DNA from: Antedon mediterranea
Lineage: Eukaryota > Animalia > Echinodermata
DNA: 64,000 bases
Direction: 5' to 3'
NCBI RefSeq assembly: GCF_964355755.1
Contig: NC_092671.1
Span: 6,448,001 to 6,512,000 of the forward strand
Shown here: positions 11,843-24,119 of the stretch, in pieces
Position numbering within the stretch: position 1 is the stretch's first letter
Layout: every line of letters starts with the position of its first letter
The notes under the pieces: generated by a model
What the model was told of the DNA's origin: nothing
The model's input: the letters and a program-made list of their open reading frames with translations, nothing else
Database searches by the model: none
Translations under genes and position numbers: made by a program

Positions 11843-14755
11843 TAGTAGAGCAGTTAATGACATGAGCTGTGCATTTTATTACCAAAGCATGAAACTTGGC
11901 ACAAAGTTTCTTTGATGTATATAGATTCAAAATATCAGGGGGTGCCAAGTGTCCAACGTCCGGTATGGCGGCCATCTTGATTTCAAAATGGCCACCATAA
12001 AAACAAAAAATGTTCATATCTTGGCAACTATACACATTAGAGACTTAATTCTGGTCTCAAATTGTTCACAAACTATATATTTCTATTTGCTCTAATGAAA
12101 AGTTTCGTCCAAAAATGACCGGAAATGACATTTCTTACAGTTTGACCTTTGACCTCGTATTTGTATATCTCTGTAAACTACTGGTCATTTTCAATCGATT
12201 GTGGTGTCATTTTGTTGAGAATAAATACATTTATATTTGTAGTAATGAAACATTTTCACATAAAATGACCGGAAATACAATTTATGACCTTTGACATCAA
12301 TTTATTGATTTTTAATTATGTGAATATACTGTAGGTGGTTTTTGTTGGTCTAAAGTGCACCTAATTTTGAACTTTAACCTGATAGGCGTAATTATATTAA
12401 ATGATTAATGGACTTAAATTGTATATAGTACATAAAATTGGTAAACATTGTGCTTGGTGGTACCATTAGTTCAATGATGTTGGCACCTTCTGATTCGCTA
12501 AAAGTTTTAATAGTTTGACAGAGGAAATAACATACATGTTATTGAATACCGTAAAACCTCGAAAAGGTGATATATGAGCTTCTTTTCGAGACAGACTGTA
12601 TTTGATTGTCAAATGAATAGTATGATGATCGTGTTTATATCAATATATTATTAATGACCTTACAAAGAACCCTTTCTATTTCAACAATTAAGCCACAGTT
12701 ATTCTACAATTTATTGTTTTCCAAGTGGTAGGCCTATTTTGATTGCATCTTATTTTTGTATGCTTCCTCGGTTAATATGGTCCTAACCCTCCTTCTTTGT
12801 CTGTAGATGGTATACCCCATTCTTTGTCTGTGGATGGTCTTATACCCGCTTCTGTGTCTGTTGATGGTATTATTACACCCCTTTCTTTATGTGTGGATGG
12901 TCTTACACCCATTTCTTTGTCTGTAGATGGTCTTACACCCCTTTGTCTGTGTATGGTCCTACACTCCCTTCTTTGTCTGTGGATGGTCCTACACCCCCTT
13001 CTTTTTCTGTGGATGGTCCTACACCCCCTTCTTTGTCTGTGGATAGTCTTATGCCCCCTTATTTGTCTATGGATGGTCTTACACCCCTTTCTTTGTCTGT
13101 GGACGGTCTATACCCCTTTCTTTGTCTGTGGATGGTCTTATACCCCCTTCTGTGTCTGTTGATGGTATTACACCCCTTTCTTTGTCTGTTGATGGTATTA
13201 AACCCCTTTCTTTGTGTGTGGATGGTCTTACACCCCCTTCTTTGTCTGTGGATGGTCTTATACCCCCTTCTTTGTCTGTGGATGGTTTTATATCCCCTTC
13301 TTTGTCTGTGGGTGGTCTTCTCCCCTTCTTTGTCTGTGGGTGGTCCTACACCCCCTTCTTTGTCTGTGGATGGTCTTACACCCCTTATTTGTCTGTGGAT
13401 GGTCTTATACCCTCTTCTTTGTCTGTAAGTGGTCCTACTCCTTTCTTTGTCAGTGGATGGTCTTGCGCCCCCTTCTTTGTCTGTGGACGGTCCTATACCC
13501 CTTTTTTTGTCAGTGGATGGTCTTATACCCCCTTCTTTGTCTGTGGACGGTCCTACATCCCCTTCTTTGTCTGTAGATGGCCTTACACCCCTTTCTTTGT
13601 CTGTGGATGGTCTTATACCTCCTTCTTTGTGTGTGGATGGTCTTACACCCCCTTCTTTGTCTGTGGATGGTCTTACACCCCCTTTTTTGTCTGTGGGTGG
13701 TCTTAAACCCTCTTCTTTGTATGTGGATGGTCTTACAGCCCCTTCTTTGTCTGTGGATGGTCTTACACCCCCTTCTTTGTCTGGACCCACTACTTTGATT
13801 GATTAAATTAGACATTGTTTCTTGTATGATTAGGAAACCAAGACCTTTAAAGTGAAATTCCACAGGTGGATGCCTAAACAGGTCTTGTACAGAACAGTAT
13901 ATTGTAGGTCCATGTCACTAATTTGAGGATTACTTGAATAATTATATTGAGATGCCTTTTAAGAATTGATTTAGTTCGGATTTTGCTAAAAATATCAATG
14001 ACTAGAGAAAATCGAGGAAAAGGATATTCAGATGAAAGGTTTACAGCAAAGGCCCATTACCATAAAAATGGAGTACATTTTTTTAGATGCAACGAAAAAA
14101 CGATTGACACATCACAGTTTAGCAAATATGTCGGCATAGATGAGCTCAGTGATCTGTCATACTTTATGCCTATCCTATCACATCAAAAGTTAAAAATTCA
14201 GAATAATAATTCCGTGTCATTTATTTCGGTAAAAAAATTAGGTGCATTTATACCAATTAAACCACATACAGTATGTTCACATAATTATATATGTCAAAGG
14301 TTATAAATTGTATTTCCAGTAATTTTATGTGAAAATGTTTCATTACTACAAATATAAATGTCTCTATTCTGAACAAAATGACACCAAAATCGATTGAAAA
14401 TGATCAGTAGTTACTGAGATATACAGATATTGAGGTTAAAGGTCAAACTGGAAGAAACGTCATTTCCGGTCATTTTTGGACGAAACTTTTCATTAGAGCA
14501 AATAGAAATATGTGGTTTGTGAACAATTTAACACCAAAATCAAGTCTCTACTGTTTATAGTTGCCAAGATATGAACACTTTTTGTTTTTATGGTGGCCAT
14601 TTTGAAATCAAGATGGCCGCCATACCGGACGTTGGACACTTGGCACCCCCCGATATTTCGAATCTATATACATCAAAGAAACTTTGTGGAAAGTTTCATG
14701 CTTTGGTAATAAAGTGCACAACTTGGCCATTTTTATGGCGTTAACTGCTCTACTA
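11843..14755. mobile_element. Non-autonomous foldback DNA transposon with ~500-bp TIRs (Academ-like)
   Basis: Termini TAGTAGAGCAGTTAA / TTAACTGCTCTACTA. Inverted arms run ~11843-12370 vs ~14235-14755. 3-bp TSD GTA. TAG termini with a 3-bp TSD fit Academ. Confidence 0.8.
12775..13785. repeat. 30-bp minisatellite, ~33 copies, inside the foldback element
   Basis: Unit GATGGTCTTACACCCCCTTCTTTGTCTGTG. It explains the cluster of overlapping repetitive ORFs (SLSVDGLTPP / GGVRPSTDKE). Confidence 0.95.
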
Positions 14756-14990
14756 GTAGTGGTATGCTTAAATATGGTAGTAATATGACATCATCATGTC
14801 TATGGGCACATCACATAAATTTTGATAGTGTAGACAGAGTTTAAGTCCCCAAGCTCATATAATAACAAATGAAAGGCAACTATTTGTTTTAAATATATAT
14901 CATGCTTAATCTGGGATGGTGCAGCGAGACACGTCAGTTGCCACATATGATGCGAATTCATTTCTTTGTTATGCATTCTGTAAAACTCAC

Positions 14991-15131
14991 CTTTCCTTTA
15001 GGAAGTCACAGCAAGCCTCTTTGACTGCTTGTAATTGAAGAAAGTTTGCTCCAACGAGGATAGCTTGTACATTTGAACGACTAAGCTCTACCCGACCATT
15101 ATAAGCATAATTCACTAAGTCTTCAAGTGCA
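14991..15131 (-). CDS. KLHL18: KLHL18 coding exon 3 (BTB domain)
   Basis: TAG|T ... AG|GTGAG, 141 nt. Translates [46 protein letters not shown]. Confidence 0.95.
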
Positions 15132-15296
15132 CTAATCACCAAAAAAAAAAAAATACATTTAAAATTCTACAAAATAAACAAAAAGCTAAAATGATTTCAG
15201 TTCCATATAACTCAGCACCACCTCATAAAACAGAAACATTCTTTTCACTCATATTAATTTTTTTTAATGTATCCCCATTCATTTCTTTTACAGTAC

Positions 15297-15427
15297 CTTG
15301 GTTCAATTCCTTGGATCATAATCTCATCTTGTTTGCTTTCAACCATGTCTGTTGTAAACATGGCATGGAAGTATGGCACGGCAGCTGCTAACACAATTCG
15401 ATGAGCTGTGAACTGTTCATTTCCAAC
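15297..15427 (-). CDS. KLHL18: KLHL18 coding exon 2 (BTB domain)
   Basis: CAG|GTT ... AG|GTACT, 131 nt. Translates [43 protein letters not shown], containing the BTB signature [15 protein letters not shown]. Confidence 0.95.
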
Positions 15428-15751
15428 CTGAAGAAAAAGTCAGGTAAATTTCCAAAACATACAATTTTATTTTTTTTTTTAAACTTCTAAAAAATATGTT
15501 AAAAAATGCTTTTCAAAGTAACAATCCATACAAAGTTTTTTTTCTCAACAAGAAGCTCATTTAGCTAGTGACATTTTCCACTAAATTGTTCTCATACCTA
15601 GGCCTAGGCCTAGTCTCTCTAAATGCTCTTTTTACCCTAGGCCTAGCCTTCATGACCAGGCCTAGCCTACAACAAATATTAGAAAAACGCCCACACGTAC
15701 GTAGGCCCGCGCCTAGATAGAGAGGACTAGCCTAGCCTACGAAAAATCTAC

Positions 15752-15892
15752 CTTTAATGTTACATCACACAGTTTTCCTTGACGCCTGATTTCTTCCATA
15801 ATCGGATAACCAAAGAGTGGAAGATTTGTATTAAGGAATAATTTTGTATTTTCGAGGCCATCTTCACTACCAAAACAATCATAATTCGCCAT
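15752..15892 (-). CDS. KLHL18: KLHL18 coding exon 1 (start codon)
   Basis: aagATGgcg start, donor AAG|GTAGA, 141 nt. Translates [47 protein letters not shown]; [16 protein letters not shown] is characteristic of KLHL18. Confidence 0.93.
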
Positions 15893-15980
15893 CTTTCCAT
15901 CAATTTTTTTGACGACGTTGATGATGATTTTCGCTCTGTTGTTATTATTAATTATAGAGGGCGTGCTTCAAAACGCGAAC
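15887..15980 (-). promoter_or_regulatory. Probable KLHL18 5'UTR/core promoter
   Basis: CpG-containing patch just upstream of the ATG. A YY1-type AAGATGGCG motif overlaps the start codon, and TAGAGGGCGTG lies near 15955. The TSS cannot be determined. Confidence 0.4.
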
Positions 15981-17033
15981 ATTTCTCTTTTTTGATTTTG
16001 TGACGAATTTTTTGGGGGTACTTTATTGGTCAAAAGTTACAATACAAAAAACCCAGTTGTATGATTTCAAAACTCTTTTTTCAACACAATTCAATGTCTT
16101 TGATTCATTGAAAATAACAGTTTCGCAGGTTCCTATGGCTATGCCTTGTGAAGTAGACCTACACCTCACACGCATTGGATTATCTGATCTTAAGAATTGT
16201 TAATGGTATTATTTTGTCTTTCAAGATATGTATTATGTTGTGAATCTTCCGGTGTATTTCTGTATTGATCTTTTGGTCATATGATACCACTCAGTGAGAT
16301 AGCTCTCTAACTAAGTGAGATGTTTTCCAATCTAATTAACACAATTGATAATATATTTTTCTTAGGTTGAGTCAGAGATAGAATGATTTTCGAATAGTTC
16401 AATTTATAAAGTACAAGTATCGGTTTCAATAGTTGTATATAGTTATCAATGACACTATATCATTTGCCAGTGACGTCTCACCAAAAAAAGATAATAATTG
16501 ACACAATTTTCCTTTACCCGAATGCGTCACTTGTTCATATCAATGAGTGACAAACTTTAATTCCATGTAACTCTCAAAATCGTAAATAAGCTTTATTACG
16601 TAATTGACGCCATTTTAAATTTTTTATTTTCATGCTTTAAAAACACACGTGACTAAGTGACAATTCCAAGAAATAACACGTGAAACATCGATAATTAAAG
16701 TCTACATACAGAAAGTATTTTTGTTTAACTCGTTAATATTAATTTATACAGTTTAAGTCATGAATCATCAAATGTTCGTTAGTGCTTCACACCATTTCTA
16801 ACACTCATCGTTCTTAATTCATGAGATCTATCTCTGGATATGGAAATGAGTGTTGACGTCCGCATCGTGTGCAAGCAAATCAAATTCCTGGAAAAGTGTG
16901 GGATCACTGTTCTCTCTATAAATGGGTGGAAAATAATTAGGTCATAAATCTAAGGCCTGTTATAAGTAAATCGTAAGTCAATTTTTCAATCGATTATTAA
17001 ATATTAAAAAAACTGAACAAGAGATGAAAACTC

Positions 17034-17154
17034 CAGTGGCGTAACGTATCTAGACCAGAGGCCCCTGGTTTAGGAAACGTTACGACATTTTTTTTTTCGT
17101 CTGGGAACTGCTTAGGGGCCCCCATAGTGAGCTCTCATAACCGTTACGCCACTG
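17034..17154. mobile_element. hAT-like MITE (121 bp)
   Basis: TIR CAGTGGCGTAACG / CGTTACGCCACTG. 8-bp TSD GAAAACTC / GAAAAGTC (7 of 8 match). Confidence 0.85.
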
Positions 17155-19375
17155 GAAAAGTCGAAGGCGGTTGGTATCGACTATATAGTTATATTATAAT
17201 ATTTATATTTATGCGCATTCCTTCAAGAGAACATGCTCCTAAATTAAATTAAATGCAAAAGGACTGTCGTAAGATGTGAACAATCGCAGAAGATGGATGG
17301 ATAACTTAGCCAGAGAAAGTGGCAATTTAAACATACATGAATCATTGGTGTAGGCCTAAAAAAATAGACATAAATAATTAAACGTTGAGAAAAGAGATGT
17401 TTACCACTGTTTGATAGACATGTAGGAAAAAAGAATGAAGCAAATCATAATAATAAGCGATTATGTTCATAAAACAGTAACACTAATGATAAAATACAGT
17501 AAAGTACAATGCCAACGGCAATTCATGCTGCTATCGTTTTGAGATTCAATTTTAACGATATATGAATTACAAATGACCTATTCGTATAAGATTAGATGTA
17601 GCTATTTGATTGGTTGCTACTTTGACGTAACTTAGTATCCTAATACGCAAATTCAATACATGCTTGCGATAAACCTTTGATGTTGACGATTATTGTAAAA
17701 AGTCTTCAGGCGCTCTTCTTAATAATATGGACATAGCCCCAGAGTTTTTCTTTGAAGTTTAATTACATAAATATTCGCTATGCGTCTTCTGATATTTCTG
17801 CTTTATAGGTTCAATCGGGCACTATCCCATTTTGAATTTAATTCTAATGACAGTAAATGTAAGTTTACAAAATGTTTTCATCGAAATATGCTTTCACATA
17901 CTGTTCCAATGAAAAATAAAAGATATTATACGTTGTTTGCTGAAAGACATATACAGTATCTGCTTATTACGTAATTACAAAATGCATTGTCAAGCACACA
18001 CACAAATTCAATTAATATTAGTTATTCTTTCAATATCAAGAAAGATTAATATTAGATAATGTTAAAGAAACAAGAAATATTGTAATACTGTTATTATGAT
18101 AATTATATAATTAAGACGATCTGAATGCACAGTAAAAGAAACAAACCAAAAGAGGGCGTGCTATTTAATAAATCAGTCCATTGAAATACAGATAACTCGA
18201 GATTTTGTGATTAAGATTTATTCCCATTATATCGATTACCCTGAAAATGAATATGCGTTGCTTGTTTTTATATAACTATTTTCAAACAAATAATCAGGAC
18301 TTAACTCATCATCATCATAACTTGAAAATATGAACGTTATCGCGCGCAAATAAATACTTTACATACAAACATATCAAGTATTTTTCCAAGTAAAAAGCAT
18401 TTTGCTTCTAGTGCTAATTGACATTTTCTCGGGGTCTGGGATTACCATCACTTTCTTTAACCACATGAGTATAAATGAGAACAGTACTGTATAAATGTCA
18501 ACGAACTAATTTAGTTTCATCATTATGCAATGACGTAGACAAAATATCAATGCTTAAAATTACGAGATACTTCACGGAGAGTTTAGAGCTGATCAGTGAT
18601 AGGCAATATTATCAGTTACGCTACAATATTATTAATATACGTTTTGCAAGCATTGTTGTAATGTTACCATCAGGGAAGAATGACACACCTTGGTTACCAT
18701 ATATTCTTTTAGTTTTTTGGGCAAAAATACTTTAACAGAACTGTCAAGTGACGTCACATGTGATACATGTGACACAGAGTGAAAACACAGTTTATATAAT
18801 TGCCGTTTTATAGGTTAAGAAATATATCATAAGCTCCTTTAAAACATATTTCAAGCGTCATTTCGTTGCTTTTTCAGCAGCTCTAATATTAATATCAGTT
18901 ACACGAACACAGCTGTTTCTGACTTTTTAATATCACACTTAATTTTATACAGAAGCTAGTAGTTCTGTCAAATATAGGTTGCTAAGTTTATGTATGCCAT
19001 CAACACATAATCAAACTAAATTCTGAAAATATTCATGTTTTACATCAGAATTACATGCAATGAATACTAAAGATATCATATAAAGTACTCGTTTTTCAAC
19101 TTCTGACATTATGTTCTGTTTAACAGCATTTCTAGAAGTGTTAACTGTTACTTTACTGGTCATTAATGTAATGCATATTAGTGAAATGAATACGGCATAT
19201 TACGCTTGTACTTTCCTAATGTTTCGTTTATAATTAAATTGTTTCAGTATCTCAAATAAGTAAAAATGAAGTAAGTATCATACATCAAGATACATTACGT
19301 GATACAATATGATATGTCTTGTTACCTAGGAACGAATAGCTGGACAGATTATGGTCAAAAGGTCATCTAGAAAAA

Positions 19376-19511
19376 GTTGAGGTGGCAATGGTAGTAATAC
19401 CAGCTAATTTTGATATTTTATTATAGGTCTTGGGAAGTTCACAACTCTAAAATTTCAAAAATTTTTAACAAAAAAATTAAGCTGGTATAGTGCTTCCATT
19501 GCCACCTCAAC
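19376..19511. mobile_element. Hairpin MITE (~136 bp)
   Basis: GTTGAGGTGGCAATGG...ATACCAGCT / AGCTGGTAT...CCATTGCCACCTCAAC inverted arms. TSD unclear. Confidence 0.65.
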
Positions 19512-19947
19512 CAAAAAATAGCCTCTAATCAGCCCACCTTGAAGATGTATACATTGTGGTCATTTGGTCATCGCCCGAATTAACCAAAACTGAGAGAACA
19601 CAAATAGTAGGTCCAGGACATGGCAAATCAAAAGCTATAATGTGACACTGCCGAGGATAATGTTTCTGATATAACTTTTAATGTTTGTTATTCACGTTGT
19701 GGTTGATTACTGCATCACGTTTAGAAATCAGCAGATGAAAGACAAAAGAATATAATTTTAACATATCACATTAGTTAATAATCATTTGATGCTTTTACAT
19801 CGTTATTGTACGTTTATAAGTCATCACATTAGAAAAGATAAACTTTAATATAACATAACATATTAGTTAATAATCATATAAAAATGTTAAACATTCCTAA
19901 ACCAGTTTATCAGCTATATCGGTTGAACTAAAAGCAAACATTGCTAT

Positions 19948-20137
19948 AGCTCTGTCTACACTATCAAACTAGTTTGACAAAAATATGTGATGTGCCCAAA
20001 TATGGTAGTTATATGCCAAAATATGGTAGTGATATGACCAAATATGGTAGTGATATGTCCAAATATGGTAGGGATATGCCCAAATATGGTGCATGTCCAT
20101 ATGTGCACATCACATTTTTGATAGTGCAGACAGAGCT
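19948..20137. mobile_element. AGCTCTGTCTACAC-family MITE copy with ~5 internal 21-bp repeats
   Basis: TIRs AGCTCTGTCTACACTATCAAA / TTTGATAGTGCAGACAGAGCT. Internal CCAAATATGGTAGTGATATG repeats. Confidence 0.85.
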
Positions 20138-21544
20138 TTAGAATAATAATTAATCGATATAGAGTTAGAGAGATAGATAAGCGCATTGGAATAATTTTTG
20201 TTCGTCACCGGTGAATGATATTGCAATTATATAATACTTAAATGTAAAATAAATTAGAGAAAGTTAATACAATACTAAAATACATTACTTTGATGATGAA
20301 GTCAAACGTGCATTAATATTTAACATTTATATTATAGTATACATTTCAACGCGAAATTGAAACATTTTGAATAGCTCATCATCAATAATGGGATGGAATG
20401 CATTCCATGGTGACGTAATTGATTGTATTGTTGACGTGATGTTTTATTATTTTTAAACATCAACTAAAAAGTGTTTTGATTTAAAAAATTTCCCTTTTGA
20501 GTATTGAATTTCTTTTTGTATTTGTACGTTGGAGTACCTTTCATCCGAAAAGATACAGACTACATCACTGCGAATAATTTCATTTAATTTCATTTATTTA
20601 TTATAAGCCACAACAATACAAAAAATACACAATCTGAGAAGGCAAGGAATAACCATAGTTTTTGTCTAATTTTAACAATTTTTAGCCTCTTAACTTTTTG
20701 TGTGTGTTTTTGTAAATTGTATTTTATATTTTTGTATTTTGCCAGTTTTAAAATCACATTTCTGTTTTTTTAAATGGACAATAAAGTATATATGACTATG
20801 ACTATAAAATGCTTGACAGTTTTCGCGATAATCAAGTCTAATTATTCTTATTTTTTAACGACAAAATTAGAAACTAATAATGAGCAAACCACACACCTTT
20901 TAAATACCAAATACAAATTTTGTATGACGTATTTCTACTTGTCTTATTTAAGTATAGACGACGAAGAAATATTGATTGTTATTGACAACGTTGTATCATG
21001 GAAGGAGATAGTGGTATTTGCGATGACATATATGTACGTAATGAAATAGACAAAAATCAATATATGACAGATGACTAAACGTTATTAATTATGATCAGTG
21101 AAAGCTAAATGATATATCTGGCTGTATATTTTAATACACATTTTAGGCTATATTATTATTATCTTTAATATTTGTCTATCTATTTATTAATTTATTATGT
21201 CTTTATACAGTGCTAAAGCATTGATTTCCAAAGTGGTTCAGTGGAGAACATTAACAACATAATAAAAATAATTCAAAAACAACTAACAAAGTAATTTACA
21301 TTATTACACACACATTTACAAAAAGCTACCTATCTACACAGTATATATAAATACTGGAAGGAATTAAAGATTAAAGACTTAATAATAATCAGTAAATAAC
21401 AGATAATAATATCTTTCTTTGTCTTTCGTTATGAAAAAACAAACACAAAAAAAACAAAAACAAAAAACAAACAAAACAAACAAATTGTACGGTATATTTT
21501 GTAACCATAGGTCTTCATTGTTTCCGTAATGCCTACGTAAATTA

Positions 21545-21680
21545 GGCTCTTTCTACACTAACAAACTATGACAAAAAAAAGTGATATGCCCATGTATGGT
21601 AATAATAAAACACTGTCAAGTCCATATATGGGCACATCACATTTTGTTGTCACATAAAGTTTGCTAGTGTAGACAGAGCT
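21545..21680. mobile_element. AGCTCTGTCTACAC-family MITE copy
   Basis: GGCTCTTTCTACACTA ... TAGTGTAGACAGAGCT, with TTA on both sides. Confidence 0.8.
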
Positions 21681-22398
21681 TTAGCCATGTTAAATGAGTA
21701 TTCGTCAGTAACACTCATAGTATTACTACTCGTGCAACATTATAATGATACATAGGCTATACGCTAAACGACAAAAGCCAATCCAAACTGTTAGCTCATT
21801 TTGCTCCATAAACATAAATTCTGCCTAGTTTGTACATTACTGAATACACGTGGGAGTCACCTGTCGAGAACATGGATTGCAACGCACTTAGATATAGAAC
21901 AAGTGGTTGTTTTATGATACAGAAGTGTACCAGGAGGCAGGTCATTGTAACCAATTTGTTAGATACATTCAATACATCATCAGAAGACATAACATCCATT
22001 TAAGATACAAAATACTGTTTTTTTTTTCAAAAAATATTGATTTACAATATATTTCATATTATATCAACATACAACTGAAGTGATTTAGGTATCGGAGTTA
22101 TTTCATTTATTTTAGAAATGTCACGGGAAAACCAAAATGTTTCTATACATTCAACAACATTTTGTCTCTTCCTGTGACAGTCAACATTATAGATGAAATA
22201 ATAAATAAATATTCTTCTCTGTGTGTCATGAACGAAACATCTAAATCGATGAATTAGACCATGATGAACTGCCAAATTTATATACTTTGAATTGATTACT
22301 AAACTGATAGGTTCTGAATTTAGTTGGTGGAGGAAATTTCGTGAATCATAGGAATTTTAGACAAATCAGACAGTGCTTAGAAACCGTGAGCTTTCTTC

Positions 22399-22549
22399 TA
22401 CGGGATGCCGTTTGGGACATTGCAATTTCATATTGTTAAAATGGTTTTTTTTTTAAATTTGTGTTTTATGTACACGGCCCCAGAAAAAAGTTCCTTCTTG
22501 GAATTGTATTTGTTGAAATAATTACAAATGTCCCAAATGGCGCCCCGTA
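22399..22549. mobile_element. 151-bp MITE
   Basis: TACGGGATGCCGTTTGGGACATT / AATGTCCCAAATGGCGCCCCGTA inverted termini. TTC on both flanks (3-bp TSD), or alternatively a TA TSD. Confidence 0.7.
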
Positions 22550-23959
22550 TTCTTACATTGCATTTATAAAGTTTGCTGAATTACAATTAGTGTAAATTGG
22601 ATTAGAGTTTCATTTACTTATTAGGCTTTTAATAAGTAATTTATTTGCAAGGATCTTATTCACATGTTAATTATTCTAATAATTATATTGGAATGTGAGT
22701 CAATCAAATTAATTGTTAAAAGTTAAGATTAAAAACTCTCCTATTATGTTATAATCGATCAACCCAACACCCACCCTGACGAAGGTTTCATGTCCAGAGA
22801 CTGGGGAATATTCTTTGACTTAAAACTCCCTTTAAATTTTGTTATTGATATTAAAATACTGTAACTGAAAATAAATCTAGAGGAATGCAACACATATTAT
22901 CAAATAAAAATTAATGATACATTATATAACCACCCTGATTTAAAATAAATTTCTTGACGAAACTGTGGGTAATGTTGCAGAGCATATTTAATCTCTCGAG
23001 ATTGAACGCCCTCTATGTGGGTGGTTGCTAACAATTAAGATAATAGTGGATGCAAAATGTATTATCAAATAAATATAATTGATTGATACATTATATAATG
23101 ATAATATTTACCGGTATGGGCCTAAAATAGTCCTATTATTATAATAGTGTGTATATTATTAGCCTATATAACGCTAAAGTAACAGAATATTTAAAAATAA
23201 CATTAATAAACTGTATGAATGTACGTGTCAAAGTGATCAATCTATCTATGATTGTCCTTGGTTTATAGTAAGAAATTAATATTTCAATATAGTAATTGTA
23301 TTCATTTAGCTGAATTATGAATAAAGCAATTATCGTATGTATGAGAATGGCAACACTATTGGCCTCAATAGCATCAATTCTGAGCAGACTAGACATTTAA
23401 TCCAATGGCGACAGAGTTAGTACTGCATCTAGTCTAATATCAGAGTTATGTAACAGTATGTTTTTTGCTCTACTTTTATTCAAAGCCAACTTTTTGATTT
23501 ATGACTTATACGTTTTAATTTAAATATTATTATAATCGTGTAGATCCAAGATTCAACGATTCGAAACATTTATTTATCCTTCAAAGAGAAATTACATTGC
23601 TGCTTGCATTATGCTCAAAATAGGACATTTTTAACGTAAATAAATTTATTTTTCGTACGGTACACAAAAAGAACAATATTATGTGTTCTTAAAATGTAGA
23701 AGTTAAGTAAATGTAGAAATTAAGTCACCTACTGTTCCGAAACGATGTTGTTTTTAAAAACTGTAAATATGATCAATATTGATATATTAGACAGAAGATT
23801 TTACACAACGTGTAGGCCTAAGAGTCTGTCAGGCTAATAGACAGTTATAGTTGCTGGTTAACAGATGACACCATAAGGTACATCATTTCTTTCAGACAAA
23901 AAGATGTATTGAGACACTATAGTTTTTAAGATAACCAATACCAAAAAACGACTTACTTA

Positions 23960-24119
23960 AGCTCTGTTCTACACTATCGAACTTTATGTGCCAACAAATA
24001 TGATGTGCTCATATATGGACATGATGACGTCATATCACTACCATATTTGGGCATATCACTACCATGTTTGGCCACATCACACCTTCTTTTCAAACCAGTT
24101 TGATAGTGTAGACAGAGCT
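23960..24119. mobile_element. AGCTCTGTCTACAC-family MITE copy (reverse internal orientation)
   Basis: TTA|AGCTCTGTTCTACAC ... GTGTAGACAGAGCT|TTA. Confidence 0.85.

Larger units (their letters stand above)
11780..14841. mobile_element. AGCTCTGTCTACAC-family Tourist-like MITE split by a nested element
   Basis: Left half 11780-11842 and right half 14756-14841, with a TAA target duplication on both sides. Confidence 0.85.

Noticed and set aside
12775-13785. 30-bp repeats as a CRISPR array, or overlapping ORFs as genes
   Set aside because: The units are contiguous with no unique spacers, there are no cas genes, and the context is a eukaryotic intron. The ORFs arise from a stop-poor repeat unit.
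11843-14755. Polinton/Maverick (AGTAG-like termini, long TIRs)
   Set aside because: There is no 6-bp TSD and no integrase or polB coding remnants. A 3-bp TSD with TAG termini fits better.
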